IMG/VR virus record: IMGVR_UViG_3300002143_000172
Span: 64,001 to 128,000 of that record
From: a virus
Length of the DNA stretch: 64,000 bases
Direction: 5' to 3' (one strand)
How positions within the stretch are numbered: the stretch's first letter is position 1; each line of letters opens with the position of its first letter. The notes beneath the pieces were generated by a model, which ran no database searches, had not been told where the DNA came from, and worked only from the letters and a program-made list of their open reading frames with translations. The position numbers and the translations under genes are program-made. Shown here piece after piece: positions 17,989 to 27,350 of the stretch.

Positions 17989-19497
17989 TTATAAGTTCAT
18001 GAGTTTATTATAATATTCTTGGTATAGGAGTTCACTTTTTAATTTATACAAGTCCCAGTTTAAATCTTTATGTGGAACATTAAAAATTTCATCATCAGTT
18101 ACACCATACCATAATAAACTTTGCGTAGACCATATATTAACTTTTTTATGCTTTTCGATCATTGCAGTTGCTTCTTTGACAACTTCAGCAGCAGAATATG
18201 TAGTCCAATTATCGTTTTCCCAGATTAGTTGACCAAATTGTCCTACTTCTCCGGTAAACCTAAATCCATACTTTTCTGCATTTTTATCAAATTCAGATTG
18301 TATAGTATATCGACTTTTATCGTTTCCGGGTCCGAACAACCCTAATGGGTTAAATTGTATAGAGTGCATTTTATTATCGAGATACCATTGAGCAGTATCT
18401 ATAATATTTTCTCTAGTATCACCGGTAATTCCTACAATAAAATTAGTATGCATGGGAATTTTTCCTCCCCATATATTGTGATACAATTCTGGTATCCACC
18501 CTTTAGCGGTTGTGCCGCTCCAACCTTTTCCTACTAATTTACTAGCACTAGGATGAAATGTTTCAATTCCGTGATATGCACCAAACAGTCCCGATTCCTG
18601 TAATAAAGGAGCCATATTAGGGAAGCGATGAATTAAGTCGGCTCTCAGATATGCGCTATACTTTATTTTAAACGGTAGACGCTGTACCATATTATAGAAT
18701 TCCTGCATTTTGAACTCGGTGTCATTAAATGTATCATCTAGCATGTAATAATTAGTAGTTCCAAAATTCTCGTAATTATATCGAATTTCATCTTCGATAT
18801 AATTCATTCCCCGGATATAATCAAGTTTCTTTTTACCTAGGTGAGGATATTGACAAAATCTGCAGGCAAATATACATCCTCTACTTACATCAAGCGGTAA
18901 TGGTTCGTTTCGAAGGATAACATCTTGTGCGGTCCACTTAAAATCATCTTCTTCAATATTATACTTAGGATTTCTTGCTCGATCATATAACATTCTATGC
19001 TTACGCTTCTCTGTCCCCCAGTTCGGATATATGAGCTGGCCAAGTGGGGGAGGAGTACTAATTTTCAGATGCTCAAGGTATTCTAAGAATACATCTTCTG
19101 TTGCAGTTGTATAACTCATAATAGTAGCGTCTACTACTCCCCAACCCGCAACACGGTCGCTGGCATATCCGCCTAGCACTATTTTTATAGTAGGATATTC
19201 TTTCTTAATTCGTTTGATAATATTCAAGCAATGTTCCGGTATCTTACCCCATACACCGTTAGACCATTTATAGTTAGACATTGACATGAAAGTCATTGAC
19301 ACTGCTAGTATTTTTGTACATGGAGTAATAAACTTTGTCGTAGCGGCATACAGTTGCTCTTCAGTGAACTTTTCAACAAAGTCAATAACCTGTGCGGCAT
19401 GACCGTTTTTGCGTATCCAGTGGGCTACTTTATATGGTCCGATATATCGAGATACCATATGCCACTTTATCCCACCATTCCAAAAAATTACATCCAT
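17989..19497 (-). CDS. B12-binding-domain radical SAM enzyme
   Basis: SRGCIFACRFC (CxxxCxxC), DDTFN, GIET, N-terminal cobalamin-binding-like region (IVLGG). Confidence 0.88.
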   Translation of the reverse strand: MDVIFWNGGIKWHMVSRYIGPYKVAHWIRKNGHAAQVIDFVEKFTEEQLYAATTKFITPCTKILAVSMTFMSMSNYKWSNGVWGKIPEHCLNIIKRIKKEYPTIKIVLGGYASDRVAGWGVVDATIMSYTTATEDVFLEYLEHLKISTPPPLGQLIYPNWGTEKRKHRMLYDRARNPKYNIEEDDFKWTAQDVILRNEPLPLDVSRGCIFACRFCQYPHLGKKKLDYIRGMNYIEDEIRYNYENFGTTNYYMLDDTFNDTEFKMQEFYNMVQRLPFKIKYSAYLRADLIHRFPNMAPLLQESGLFGAYHGIETFHPSASKLVGKGWSGTTAKGWIPELYHNIWGGKIPMHTNFIVGITGDTRENIIDTAQWYLDNKMHSIQFNPLGLFGPGNDKSRYTIQSEFDKNAEKYGFRFTGEVGQFGQLIWENDNWTTYSAAEVVKEATAMIEKHKKVNIWSTQSLLWYGVTDDEIFNVPHKDLNWDLYKLKSELLYQEYYNKLMNL

Positions 19498-19544
19498 TTA
19501 AAATTTCCTCATTGCAGACTATTTACCGTGTATGTATTACACAG

Positions 19545-19573
19545 AAAAAGAAAGCACCCGAAGGTGCTTTCTT
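19545..19573 (-). terminator. Intrinsic terminator of the cspA-tmRNA transcript
   Basis: AAGAAAGCACC-UUCG-GGUGCUUUCUU plus U tract. Confidence 0.88.
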
Positions 19574-19905
19574 GCTATTTTCGGTTACAAGGTATAACTA
19601 CCTCGTGGAGGTTACGCCGCTAGGCGAACTTCTCCAAAAAATGCGTCGTTTGCATTTATGGTTTTTGCTTGATTTACAGTCATCGCCTACTGTGTTGCCT
19701 CTTTCGCTATCTCACCATGTCGAAACCGGTCGGGCCCATTAGGGAATATATTATCTTGGCTCCTGCTGTTAGGCTATCAACACTCAAGTTCCGCCCTCAT
19801 CATAATCTATGATTAGTTTGGGCTTCAGATTGGATCATAATATACTCTCTGGTGGACCCGAGGGGAATTGAACCCCCGTCCACGATGCCTTCACTACGAA
19901 GGAAT
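19574..19905 (-). ncRNA. ssrA: Circularly permuted (two-piece) tmRNA
   Basis: Acceptor piece (T-arm GGGGGTTCAATTCCCC, then TCGGGTCCACCA ending 19850) lies upstream of the coding piece starting GGGCCCGACCGGTTTCGAC at 19737; 7-bp acceptor stem with G3-U70; tag frame 19653-19612 = ANDAFFGEVRLAA*. Outer ends approximate. Confidence 0.92.
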
Positions 19906-19917
19906 TACAACAATTCT

Positions 19918-20121
19918 TTACTGCGGCTGAATATTAGCCGCTTGCAAACCTTTTTGTCCTTGTACTACATCGAACGATACTGTTTGATTCTCTGTTAGAA
20001 CTTTGAAGCCCGAAGTTTGAATTTCACTGTAGTGGGCAAATAAATCTGCACCACCTTTGTCTGGAGTAATAAACCCAAAACCTTTGGTTTCATTAAACCA
20101 TTTTACTTTACCTGTTGCCAT
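19918..20121 (-). CDS. cspA: Cold-shock protein
   Basis: [29 protein letters not shown]. Confidence 0.96.
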   Translation of the reverse strand: MATGKVKWFNETKGFGFITPDKGGADLFAHYSEIQTSGFKVLTENQTVSFDVVQGQKGLQAANIQPQ

Positions 20122-20147
20122 TTTACTAATTACCTTATTAAAAAACT

Positions 20148-20176
20148 ATTATACTATATTTATTGGATTGTGTCAA
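20148..20176 (-). promoter_or_regulatory. Consensus sigma70 promoter with embedded TAAATA box, driving cspA-ssrA
   Basis: TTGACA-17-TATAAT; spacer contains TAAATA. Confidence 0.85.
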
Positions 20177-21325
20177 TCAGGGAGTGAACACCGGAAAACC
20201 CCTAGTCTGTATTAATCTATACATTACAGTATCTTCTCTGAATTTTAATAGGTTATTTCGTACTTGTTTAATTCTCTGATTCATTAATTCGTGGTACCTG
20301 TTTCGGTACAGTTCCGTCTCAGGTCTCCGATAAATCCAGGCGTGTTTATCGGACCTATCCAATCTTTCTGGTTTCAATACTTGAAATCGATCAGTCCAGT
20401 TATCATATAACTTATATCGTAGTTTTTTCTGTTGTTGCTGATAAAAATTTTGCCAAGCAACGGCATTCTTTTTAATCGCATGACTGAATTTTATTTCGGC
20501 GTATTCTGGATCTTGTTGGAACACTAGAATCGTTTGGTAAGCCATTTCAAGTGCTAATATTGGAAATTCAGGAGACCAATAAAAAAATTCAACCCCAGTA
20601 GGATTGTCGGGATGCGGGCAACCCATAGCAGTACAAGCGTCACTAAATGACACCATGGTGCCTTGTGACTCTGTAAACACAACATTGGGTTTATCTACTC
20701 CGTAAATTCCGCCTACTGTCTTTCCTTCGCTTATTAGTTTCTCTTCCGAAGGAGACCAAGTCCATAACGAAGGTAATTCGATATCGTGCCAATGGTTAAC
20801 TTTTTTAAATAAATCTGGCAAACGATCGACTGCATCTTCTGTTAACCAATTTACTACCTTGATGTTAATTTCCGGATGTGATCGTGCAACTTCATCTAAC
20901 ACAGGTTTAATAGCATAATCCCACTCACTTAGATAATTGTATGCTGTGATATCATCGGTATTAGGTGTATAAATTCCCTTGGCAGGGTCTAACACATCGG
21001 TACACCATTTGACACACAATTCGTCTAGTTTAATCCCGTTGTCTAAAAATGCTCTCAATACATTATAGCTATCTGAACCACCTGAGAAGTATAAAATAAG
21101 ATAGTCATATTTGTCTCTAAGTTGTTGTGCTCGAGTTTTATATAATTGATTAAGGCTATACTTTCCTAGCAATGATCTATCAAAGCTGTCCCAGACATCA
21201 TTAAAGAAATTAAAACTAACCGGAGCATTTATTTCTGTCGCATATACGAGTGCTTCGTATTTGTTATCAAATACACTATCTTGTACTTCCCAAACTCCCT
21301 GAACTGATTTTCTTATATCTTTCAT
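20177..21325 (-). CDS. PP-loop (adenine nucleotide alpha-hydrolase) protein
   Basis: LYFSGGSDS motif. Confidence 0.7.
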   Translation of the reverse strand: MKDIRKSVQGVWEVQDSVFDNKYEALVYATEINAPVSFNFFNDVWDSFDRSLLGKYSLNQLYKTRAQQLRDKYDYLILYFSGGSDSYNVLRAFLDNGIKLDELCVKWCTDVLDPAKGIYTPNTDDITAYNYLSEWDYAIKPVLDEVARSHPEINIKVVNWLTEDAVDRLPDLFKKVNHWHDIELPSLWTWSPSEEKLISEGKTVGGIYGVDKPNVVFTESQGTMVSFSDACTAMGCPHPDNPTGVEFFYWSPEFPILALEMAYQTILVFQQDPEYAEIKFSHAIKKNAVAWQNFYQQQQKKLRYKLYDNWTDRFQVLKPERLDRSDKHAWIYRRPETELYRNRYHELMNQRIKQVRNNLLKFREDTVMYRLIQTRGFPVFTP

Positions 21326-22050
21326 ACTACATTCCGATCTAAGTTATAAGAGTTAACCAATGAATCATATAATTTCATAGTTTCTGCTAAATTTAACACC
21401 AGACTTCTTAAATCTCTATGTTGGTCATATGTTGTGACCTGATAATCAAATCCAAGGTCAGCACGGCCTGTTACTAATTCATCAAAGTCTATGTAGATAC
21501 CATTTCCGGCCTTCACGCACCTGTCCTGCATTTTTTCTAATCGAGCTAAAGTATAAAAACAAAATTCAAAATATGTTTTATCAATCTTTAATGGACGAGA
21601 TTTTGTTTCATCGTCATGATTCAGGTATGTCATAGTAATACATCTGCTTAACAGCTGATCAAATCTATTGATCCTACGCAGACATAGTACTTGTCTATCA
21701 GATAATACGCTAACAGCTTCTGGGAAAAAATCAAATGTACTATTTGAAGTAGTGATGATACTAGGAGTAATATCAGCATACTCGAGAAACTTTTTATATC
21801 TGTGTTGTATAATTAAAGTTTGGGTATAGTTATCGAGATTGGGGCCTCGAGTTTTCCTAGTCTTTAATACCTGATGTTGTTGAGCAACGGGCATCCTTGA
21901 GGCATATGGTATATTGGCGTTGTTTATACCATGACTGAAGGTATTAAAAAATTCTCCAAAATTATGATACCCTCTTTTTTCAAAAATTCCAGCTAATAAT
22001 TTTGAACCCGATCTAGGAAATGCTAATATTGTTTTTTTGTTTGTGTCCAT
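21322..22050 (-). CDS. Sulfotransferase-like protein
   Basis: FPRSGSKLL PAPS loop, GEFF, LRR.N.FDQLLS. Confidence 0.65.
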   Translation of the reverse strand: MDTNKKTILAFPRSGSKLLAGIFEKRGYHNFGEFFNTFSHGINNANIPYASRMPVAQQHQVLKTRKTRGPNLDNYTQTLIIQHRYKKFLEYADITPSIITTSNSTFDFFPEAVSVLSDRQVLCLRRINRFDQLLSRCITMTYLNHDDETKSRPLKIDKTYFEFCFYTLARLEKMQDRCVKAGNGIYIDFDELVTGRADLGFDYQVTTYDQHRDLRSLVLNLAETMKLYDSLVNSYNLDRNVV

Positions 22051-22538
22051 GTTCTTCTATATCCGTAGGCTAATAACGGTTTCTTAATATCTAAATTTAA
22101 TGTGCTAACAATATATGAAGAAAATGTATTACAATTTTGTGTGAGCAATTTAAATTCAGCAATTGGATACTCTTCACAGGCCTGCACAATATCTTCATAT
22201 TTAAATGTAGATTTACTCTTGCCTACAATTCTTGGAATTGCACCAAACCATTTTGCATCAGGAATACGATCACTAATGATAGGGCCTTTATCGCAATATC
22301 CCATACCATCACGAATCCAGAGAACATTTGCATTCTGAACTTCTACGGTTTCTATGTCAGTTTTTTCAGCTACTAGCCACTTGTTGTGTTTGCCAGACCA
22401 GAAGGTGATCCACGAGTGTGTTCCTCCTAGATATCCCTTCATCGCCCATGCTTGAGCGTGGATGTAATAAACATATTCTTTGTCTAGCGGAAGACTAACT
22501 GATGTTTGATCTAATAATCGCCAATCTTTAAACAGCAT
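22023..22538 (-). CDS. Permuted papain-like Cys peptidase (PPPDE/DUF3750-like)
   Basis: HSWI precedes NCNTF (His before Cys). Confidence 0.6.
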   Translation of the reverse strand: MLFKDWRLLDQTSVSLPLDKEYVYYIHAQAWAMKGYLGGTHSWITFWSGKHNKWLVAEKTDIETVEVQNANVLWIRDGMGYCDKGPIISDRIPDAKWFGAIPRIVGKSKSTFKYEDIVQACEEYPIAEFKLLTQNCNTFSSYIVSTLNLDIKKPLLAYGYRRTWTQTKKQY

Positions 22539-23334
22539 CCTGCTCCACTTTATAATAATTTAAATGTTGGCGATCATATGCCGCCTGCCAATTAACTACA
22601 TCAGTTTCCCATGTGCCAGTCGGCCTCGGATCATGCATCATATAATTAAATTCGTCTTGCCCTGAAATCATTACTGTACTTTCTGGACTAATTTCTAGTT
22701 TAGGCTTACACTCAGTGCTAACAAATATTAAGCCCATTGCTAATCTAGTTTTATCTGTGGTGTTCTTTGCACTACCATGGATGGTATACGGACTGTGCAT
22801 TAAAATATGCCCTGCGGGTACCGCTGTTTTTATTCTTTCTTTTGGAAGCTCTACATCAACTGTCTGACCACGCATCAAAAGATTTGATTCAGTCTTAACA
22901 TCTTTGTGTCGTGCTTGGAATACTCGATGACTTCCCTGAACATATTCAATACTACCGTGTTCCGGTGTTACATCATCTAGGGCAATCCATACTGTCACAG
23001 CTTTATTTTTATTGTTAAAATTCCAATATGTAGCGTCTTGGTGGAAACTAACATCACGACCATCCCCGGGTTTCTTAATCCACAATAATGCATCCCAACA
23101 ATGAAAATTTGGACCAATTAGTTCAGTTAGGTATTCTACTAATTGCGGGTGACGAGAAATCTCATCAATCCAGGGAAACAGAACATTGCTCTTACATCGA
23201 TAGTCGCTATGCATTAGATCTAACTTATTGTCAGCTTCGAGCATTGCGTCACGATACTTTATAACTTCTTCTGAAGTTAGTACAGGTAATGGGCCTACCC
23301 AGCCTTGGGTTTCTAGTGTGTTTTGTATTGTCAT
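22528..23334 (-). CDS. Phytanoyl-CoA dioxygenase (PhyH) family 2OG oxygenase
   Basis: FHQDATYW, VWIALDD, GSH, HGS..N...R. Confidence 0.9.
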   Translation of the reverse strand: MTIQNTLETQGWVGPLPVLTSEEVIKYRDAMLEADNKLDLMHSDYRCKSNVLFPWIDEISRHPQLVEYLTELIGPNFHCWDALLWIKKPGDGRDVSFHQDATYWNFNNKNKAVTVWIALDDVTPEHGSIEYVQGSHRVFQARHKDVKTESNLLMRGQTVDVELPKERIKTAVPAGHILMHSPYTIHGSAKNTTDKTRLAMGLIFVSTECKPKLEISPESTVMISGQDEFNYMMHDPRPTGTWETDVVNWQAAYDRQHLNYYKVEQDAV

Positions 23335-23369
23335 AATGAGTATTTATTTTCCAGTAATAGTGCGTATAT

Positions 23370-23924
23370 TTAATCTGATTTCCACAAGGTATTATTTTCT
23401 ACCATTTCTGCAACAACTCGAATTGGTTCATCAAAACACAATTGAAAATTTAATCGATGGGTTGAACTAGTATTAACTAAGTCATGCCAGCGTCTAGTAT
23501 TAAGCAAACATGGGCGCATATCTTCAAAGGTAGCGGTAGCAACTACGGGTCCTGCCTTTTCATCTCTAAAATATGTTGGGGGGTAATTATCAACTGGCCA
23601 TAGAGGAATACTCAGTACTGTTAGTCGTTTATTAACAACATCGTCAACATGAGTAACCACTGCAGAGCCAGGGGCGTGGCGTATAAATGCTGGCCAAGCC
23701 TGCAATTTTATATTTGTAAATAATCTCTTTACTCCGGGAGAAACAGTCTTGTGCCAGCCCTCCATCTTTCTTGGACCTAATATACCATTCCCGTCTCTTA
23801 TGTTACCCTTTTCACTAAAATAGTCCCAAAATTTCTCAACATTGAGTTCTGCCAGAATTCTTAAACTTTTACAATCTTCTTCATTAAGAATGTGTTCTTT
23901 AAATTGATAAAAATATGGTACCAT
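23370..23924 (-). CDS. Double-stranded beta-helix (cupin/2OG-like) protein
   Basis: HVD...LLNT..WH...R..FQL. Confidence 0.6.
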   Translation of the reverse strand: MVPYFYQFKEHILNEEDCKSLRILAELNVEKFWDYFSEKGNIRDGNGILGPRKMEGWHKTVSPGVKRLFTNIKLQAWPAFIRHAPGSAVVTHVDDVVNKRLTVLSIPLWPVDNYPPTYFRDEKAGPVVATATFEDMRPCLLNTRRWHDLVNTSSTHRLNFQLCFDEPIRVVAEMVENNTLWKSD

Positions 23925-23925
23925 C

Positions 23926-24501
23926 TTAATTACTCCTTTCAATAAGTAATTTCTTTTTTCTTAACAAGTCTATAACCTCTTCCCACGGTTTATTTTCTGT
24001 TATCGGAGTCCTTGCTGAAAAACACCATCTGGGTTCAGCTCTCATTTCAATCGCATGTGGGATACCCGTTTGTACTACCGTAACTTTGTTACCTAAATGA
24101 TATCTTTCTATTTCAATTAATTTATCTTTATCCCATGACATATAAGGAGTCTTTGCAGAAGTATATGATATCTTGGTAACAGTAGTGGGAGTGTTATACC
24201 AAATCATTTCGCTACCGGTTCCTCCAAAACACCAATTTATGGCAAAATTTGTTAATGTCCACGGCTCTAGTTTTAAAATATCTATATGCGCCTGTTTAGT
24301 ACTCGCATGGGATCCTCGATAAAACATCATAAAGGAGGTTACTGGTAATCCTAATGATTTCATGTATTGACGCCATGCCGGACTGCTTACCTGGTCGGCT
24401 GGTTTTGTCCACACTCCAAATTCTCCCTGCGGCACAGGGAACTTAAAGTCGTCCTTAAAACATCCTTTTAGATCTATATCTAGAGTATACCAACATTTCA
24501 T
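23926..24501 (-). CDS. Double-stranded beta-helix (cupin/2OG-like) protein
   Basis: AHID...FAINW...IPH...RWCFS. Confidence 0.6.
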   Translation of the reverse strand: MKCWYTLDIDLKGCFKDDFKFPVPQGEFGVWTKPADQVSSPAWRQYMKSLGLPVTSFMMFYRGSHASTKQAHIDILKLEPWTLTNFAINWCFGGTGSEMIWYNTPTTVTKISYTSAKTPYMSWDKDKLIEIERYHLGNKVTVVQTGIPHAIEMRAEPRWCFSARTPITENKPWEEVIDLLRKKKLLIERSN

Positions 24502-24956
24502 ATCAACATTTTTCCAACAATGACATCTTCATCTTCATATCCTAATCTATGTAAAATAGGGCGAAAATCTGGGTCTCCCTTAACATGCCAGGTAATCTTA
24601 TGAGCATACTTACGCATCTCTTGCTCAGAGTATTTAATTAATCTAACTCCAGTCATGCCCTGTCGATGATCTTTATCTAAAAATAGCACATCGTTTGCGG
24701 CAACAATAGTTTCTTTATAATGAATATGAGGTTTAACAAACCAAGCACTGTAACCAATTAACTTATTAGTTTCGTCGTCTCGTGCTGTTAACAGATAAAA
24801 ATTACCTGTTTTTTCCATCTTGTCATATAACTCCCAGTCGGGTGCTAGTTTAATTTTATCCCTGTGCAATGTTAGCTCTTTATAGTGGTCTTCTAGTAGT
24901 GGCTCCATTTCTGGTCTAACTAATAAAACCGGCTCGCATTGTAATTTTAACGCCAT
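24498..24956 (-). CDS. GNAT-family acetyltransferase
   Basis: DVLFLDKDHRQGMTGVRLI; start moved to MALKLQ. Confidence 0.8.
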   Translation of the reverse strand: MALKLQCEPVLLVRPEMEPLLEDHYKELTLHRDKIKLAPDWELYDKMEKTGNFYLLTARDDETNKLIGYSAWFVKPHIHYKETIVAANDVLFLDKDHRQGMTGVRLIKYSEQEMRKYAHKITWHVKGDPDFRPILHRLGYEDEDVIVGKMLI

Positions 24957-24966
24957 TCCAAAATCC

Positions 24967-25932
24967 TCAAAAATTAAAAGTTGGTGGAAGATATCCTCTC
25001 TTCCAATCAGTGTCAATCCAGACTGCCTTATCGGTCTGTCGTTGCTCGGATGTTCGATAATGCCTCCATGAAGGCATTTTAATTTTTTCCGTTGTATAGA
25101 ATTCATCTTTGGTAAAATCAAAGATTTGATCTTTAATCACCTGCTTATACTTTCTGAAATCATATCCGGGCCATTTTATTTCAGCTGGGGTCGACACAGC
25201 ATAGTTATTCCAATCTGCTCCTGCTCCAAAGTGAAAAAGGTTTACATCTAATATCATGTTGGGGACTTCTAATAACCACATTAGTTGTTCGCTTTGATAA
25301 TTTAAAGTGTAGTCCATCCACCAAAAGAAATCCTTGACATTTTCTATAGATCGAGGGCAGGCCCTAATTAGTTTGGTAAACATTAATCTGCTATTAGAAT
25401 CTAACGAATTTAAAAATTCTGTAGTAGATTGCTTTAACTTTTCTTCGGGGATGGCCTGATAGATATTTGCTCCAAAGACAGGATCCATTAAGTGTCCGGT
25501 GACTACTATTCCGTTTTTAATTGCATCTTTTAACGGATTGTCTGTATAAAAATCCATATTGGTAGTCGTTAACTTGCCCTTAATATGTTTTTCGTAAAAG
25601 TCCGGGTATTCTTTAATACTGTTATCGTCCATCATTACAACTAATTGATCTCGAGGGGCATACTTTAATAGCTCTGATAGAACTAGTGTAGAATCAATGC
25701 CTCCGCTCCAGGTTACATAAATTTGTTTGTAACGGGCATTTTTTAAAATATTTTGAGTACTGTTATAACACAGCTCTGCAACAGTTTTAGGTTGTACTAA
25801 TTTTCCAATAGGAGTAATACATTCAATTTCAGGAATAGAAATCATTTCTCCTGTTCTATCGTAGACATTGTACATGTAGTCAGGAGTGACCATTGTTGGG
25901 GTATATCCTGCATGATGGAAATATTTTTTCAT
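24967..25932 (-). CDS. PP-loop / asparagine-synthetase-C-like protein
   Basis: WSGGIDST, VTGH..D.VFG, YKQVIK. Confidence 0.7.
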   Translation of the reverse strand: MKKYFHHAGYTPTMVTPDYMYNVYDRTGEMISIPEIECITPIGKLVQPKTVAELCYNSTQNILKNARYKQIYVTWSGGIDSTLVLSELLKYAPRDQLVVMMDDNSIKEYPDFYEKHIKGKLTTTNMDFYTDNPLKDAIKNGIVVTGHLMDPVFGANIYQAIPEEKLKQSTTEFLNSLDSNSRLMFTKLIRACPRSIENVKDFFWWMDYTLNYQSEQLMWLLEVPNMILDVNLFHFGAGADWNNYAVSTPAEIKWPGYDFRKYKQVIKDQIFDFTKDEFYTTEKIKMPSWRHYRTSEQRQTDKAVWIDTDWKRGYLPPTFNF

Positions 25933-26120
25933 CTAACAATACCCAACTTTGCCAATTTCAATCTAATCTCTTCGGGGCTCTTTAAAGTGACCCTTTCTTC
26001 AACAGGGGGTTTCCAAGCAGGATATATCAGAGTTAGATTATATGTTTCAGGGGCTTCTGCCCCAACATGGAGATTATATTTAAAATCTTCTTTTTCAAGA
26101 TCTTCTAGGCGATTCAGCAT
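25929..26120 (-). CDS. Small hypothetical protein
   Basis: 63-aa ORF overlapping both neighbours in the operon. Confidence 0.55.
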   Translation of the reverse strand: MLNRLEDLEKEDFKYNLHVGAEAPETYNLTLIYPAWKPPVEERVTLKSPEEIRLKLAKLGIVR

Positions 26121-26850
26121 TGTTCTTAATTAACCTTATAAATGCTCCGCCTAAATCAAAATATCTCGGTTTGGTATTCCAACTGACTAGCTTTGGGTTG
26201 TCGTGATGTTCACGATGTATCCATTCACCTGCCATGGGAATGACGAATTCTAATAACCAAAGATTTCTTGCGGCAGAGGATTTTCCTTCTTCTAATTGAC
26301 CACGATGTGCAAATATAGTATGCACCCCACTAGTAACTAGATATAGTGTACTCGGTAATGCATACAAATATAAGAAGGGGTCGGCGCCAAATAGTGCCAT
26401 TAGGCAACCGTATGCGATGCTTAAAGTTAGTGAGTGGTTGATAAAGAAAATATGCATTTGATCACGCATCATGCGTAATTGAATTTTAGTGGCTTTAATA
26501 TTCCCCCTATCTGTAAATCTAAAGAAATGCCGCCAGTTAGCATCATATGGATCGTTAGTAGTATCACTAAACATATGATGATTAATATGTACTGTACTCC
26601 AGTGTACGGGAGCCGAATTAAGACTTATGCATCCTACTAGCCCAAAAAACCAATGCCAAAATCTACTACATTCAAATGCAGAATGTGTAAACAGTCTATG
26701 GTATCCTACTGTAACTGTAATCGCTATTGTGATATATAAAACAAAGGATATTAATAACCACATAGGATTATACGGTATATTAATCGCCCACAGAAATGTC
26801 GGAATAAACAACCATGCTCCCAAAGATCTATGCCAGGCTTTTGTTTTCAC
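26095..26850 (-). CDS. Second fatty acid desaturase-family protein
   Basis: GYHRLFTH, HINHH, HREHH His boxes. Confidence 0.88.
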   Translation of the reverse strand: MKTKAWHRSLGAWLFIPTFLWAINIPYNPMWLLISFVLYITIAITVTVGYHRLFTHSAFECSRFWHWFFGLVGCISLNSAPVHWSTVHINHHMFSDTTNDPYDANWRHFFRFTDRGNIKATKIQLRMMRDQMHIFFINHSLTLSIAYGCLMALFGADPFLYLYALPSTLYLVTSGVHTIFAHRGQLEEGKSSAARNLWLLEFVIPMAGEWIHREHHDNPKLVSWNTKPRYFDLGGAFIRLIKNNAESPRRS

Positions 26851-27350
26851 AGAAATACGACTCCATAAGCTGTAGAATTGTTCGAAGGGATCGCTTCAAC
26901 ATCTCCCGATCGTATACGAATCTGAGTCGGTCCTACAAATATTTTTCCTTTTATAATTAGAGATCCTCTAACTAAAAAAATATTTGTATTATTATCAATA
27001 ATAGTCGATTTACCGGGCTTAAATATTAAACTTCGTAATGTAGGTAATCCGTTTTTATTATATTGATGAGGGATACATAACCATTCGGTTGCAACTGGAA
27101 ATTTTAATTGTAAATGCCCACTTGAACTTGCATTTGCTCCTGCATGTTCTGCATTTAACCAGCCCGGAGTTCGATCGTCTAATTGTTCTCCTGTTTCGAG
27201 TACATGAACTTTAGCACACCCGGCAGTGTAATAATACCATCCAGTTTTTACTAATCCATCTTCACCTATAGGTACTACCCTTGCATCACCGGCGGCGGCC
27301 TGAGCAAGTATAACGACTTTACTAAATGCAGCATGTGGGGTAAATTTCAT
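26847..27350 (-). CDS. Hypothetical protein (possible cupin-like fold)
   Basis: 167-aa beta-rich ORF, coupled to neighbours. Confidence 0.65.
   Translation of the reverse strand: MKFTPHAAFSKVVILAQAAAGDARVVPIGEDGLVKTGWYYYTAGCAKVHVLETGEQLDDRTPGWLNAEHAGANASSSGHLQLKFPVATEWLCIPHQYNKNGLPTLRSLIFKPGKSTIIDNNTNIFLVRGSLIIKGKIFVGPTQIRIRSGDVEAIPSNNSTAYGVVFL

Noticed and set aside
19354-19742. Plus-strand ORFs of 89 and 116 aa
   Set aside because: Antisense to the radical SAM gene and the tmRNA, with no recognisable motifs.
19850-19905. Apparent tRNA 3' half ending in CCA
   Set aside because: No D or anticodon arm upstream; it pairs with the downstream GGGCCCG and is the tmRNA acceptor piece.
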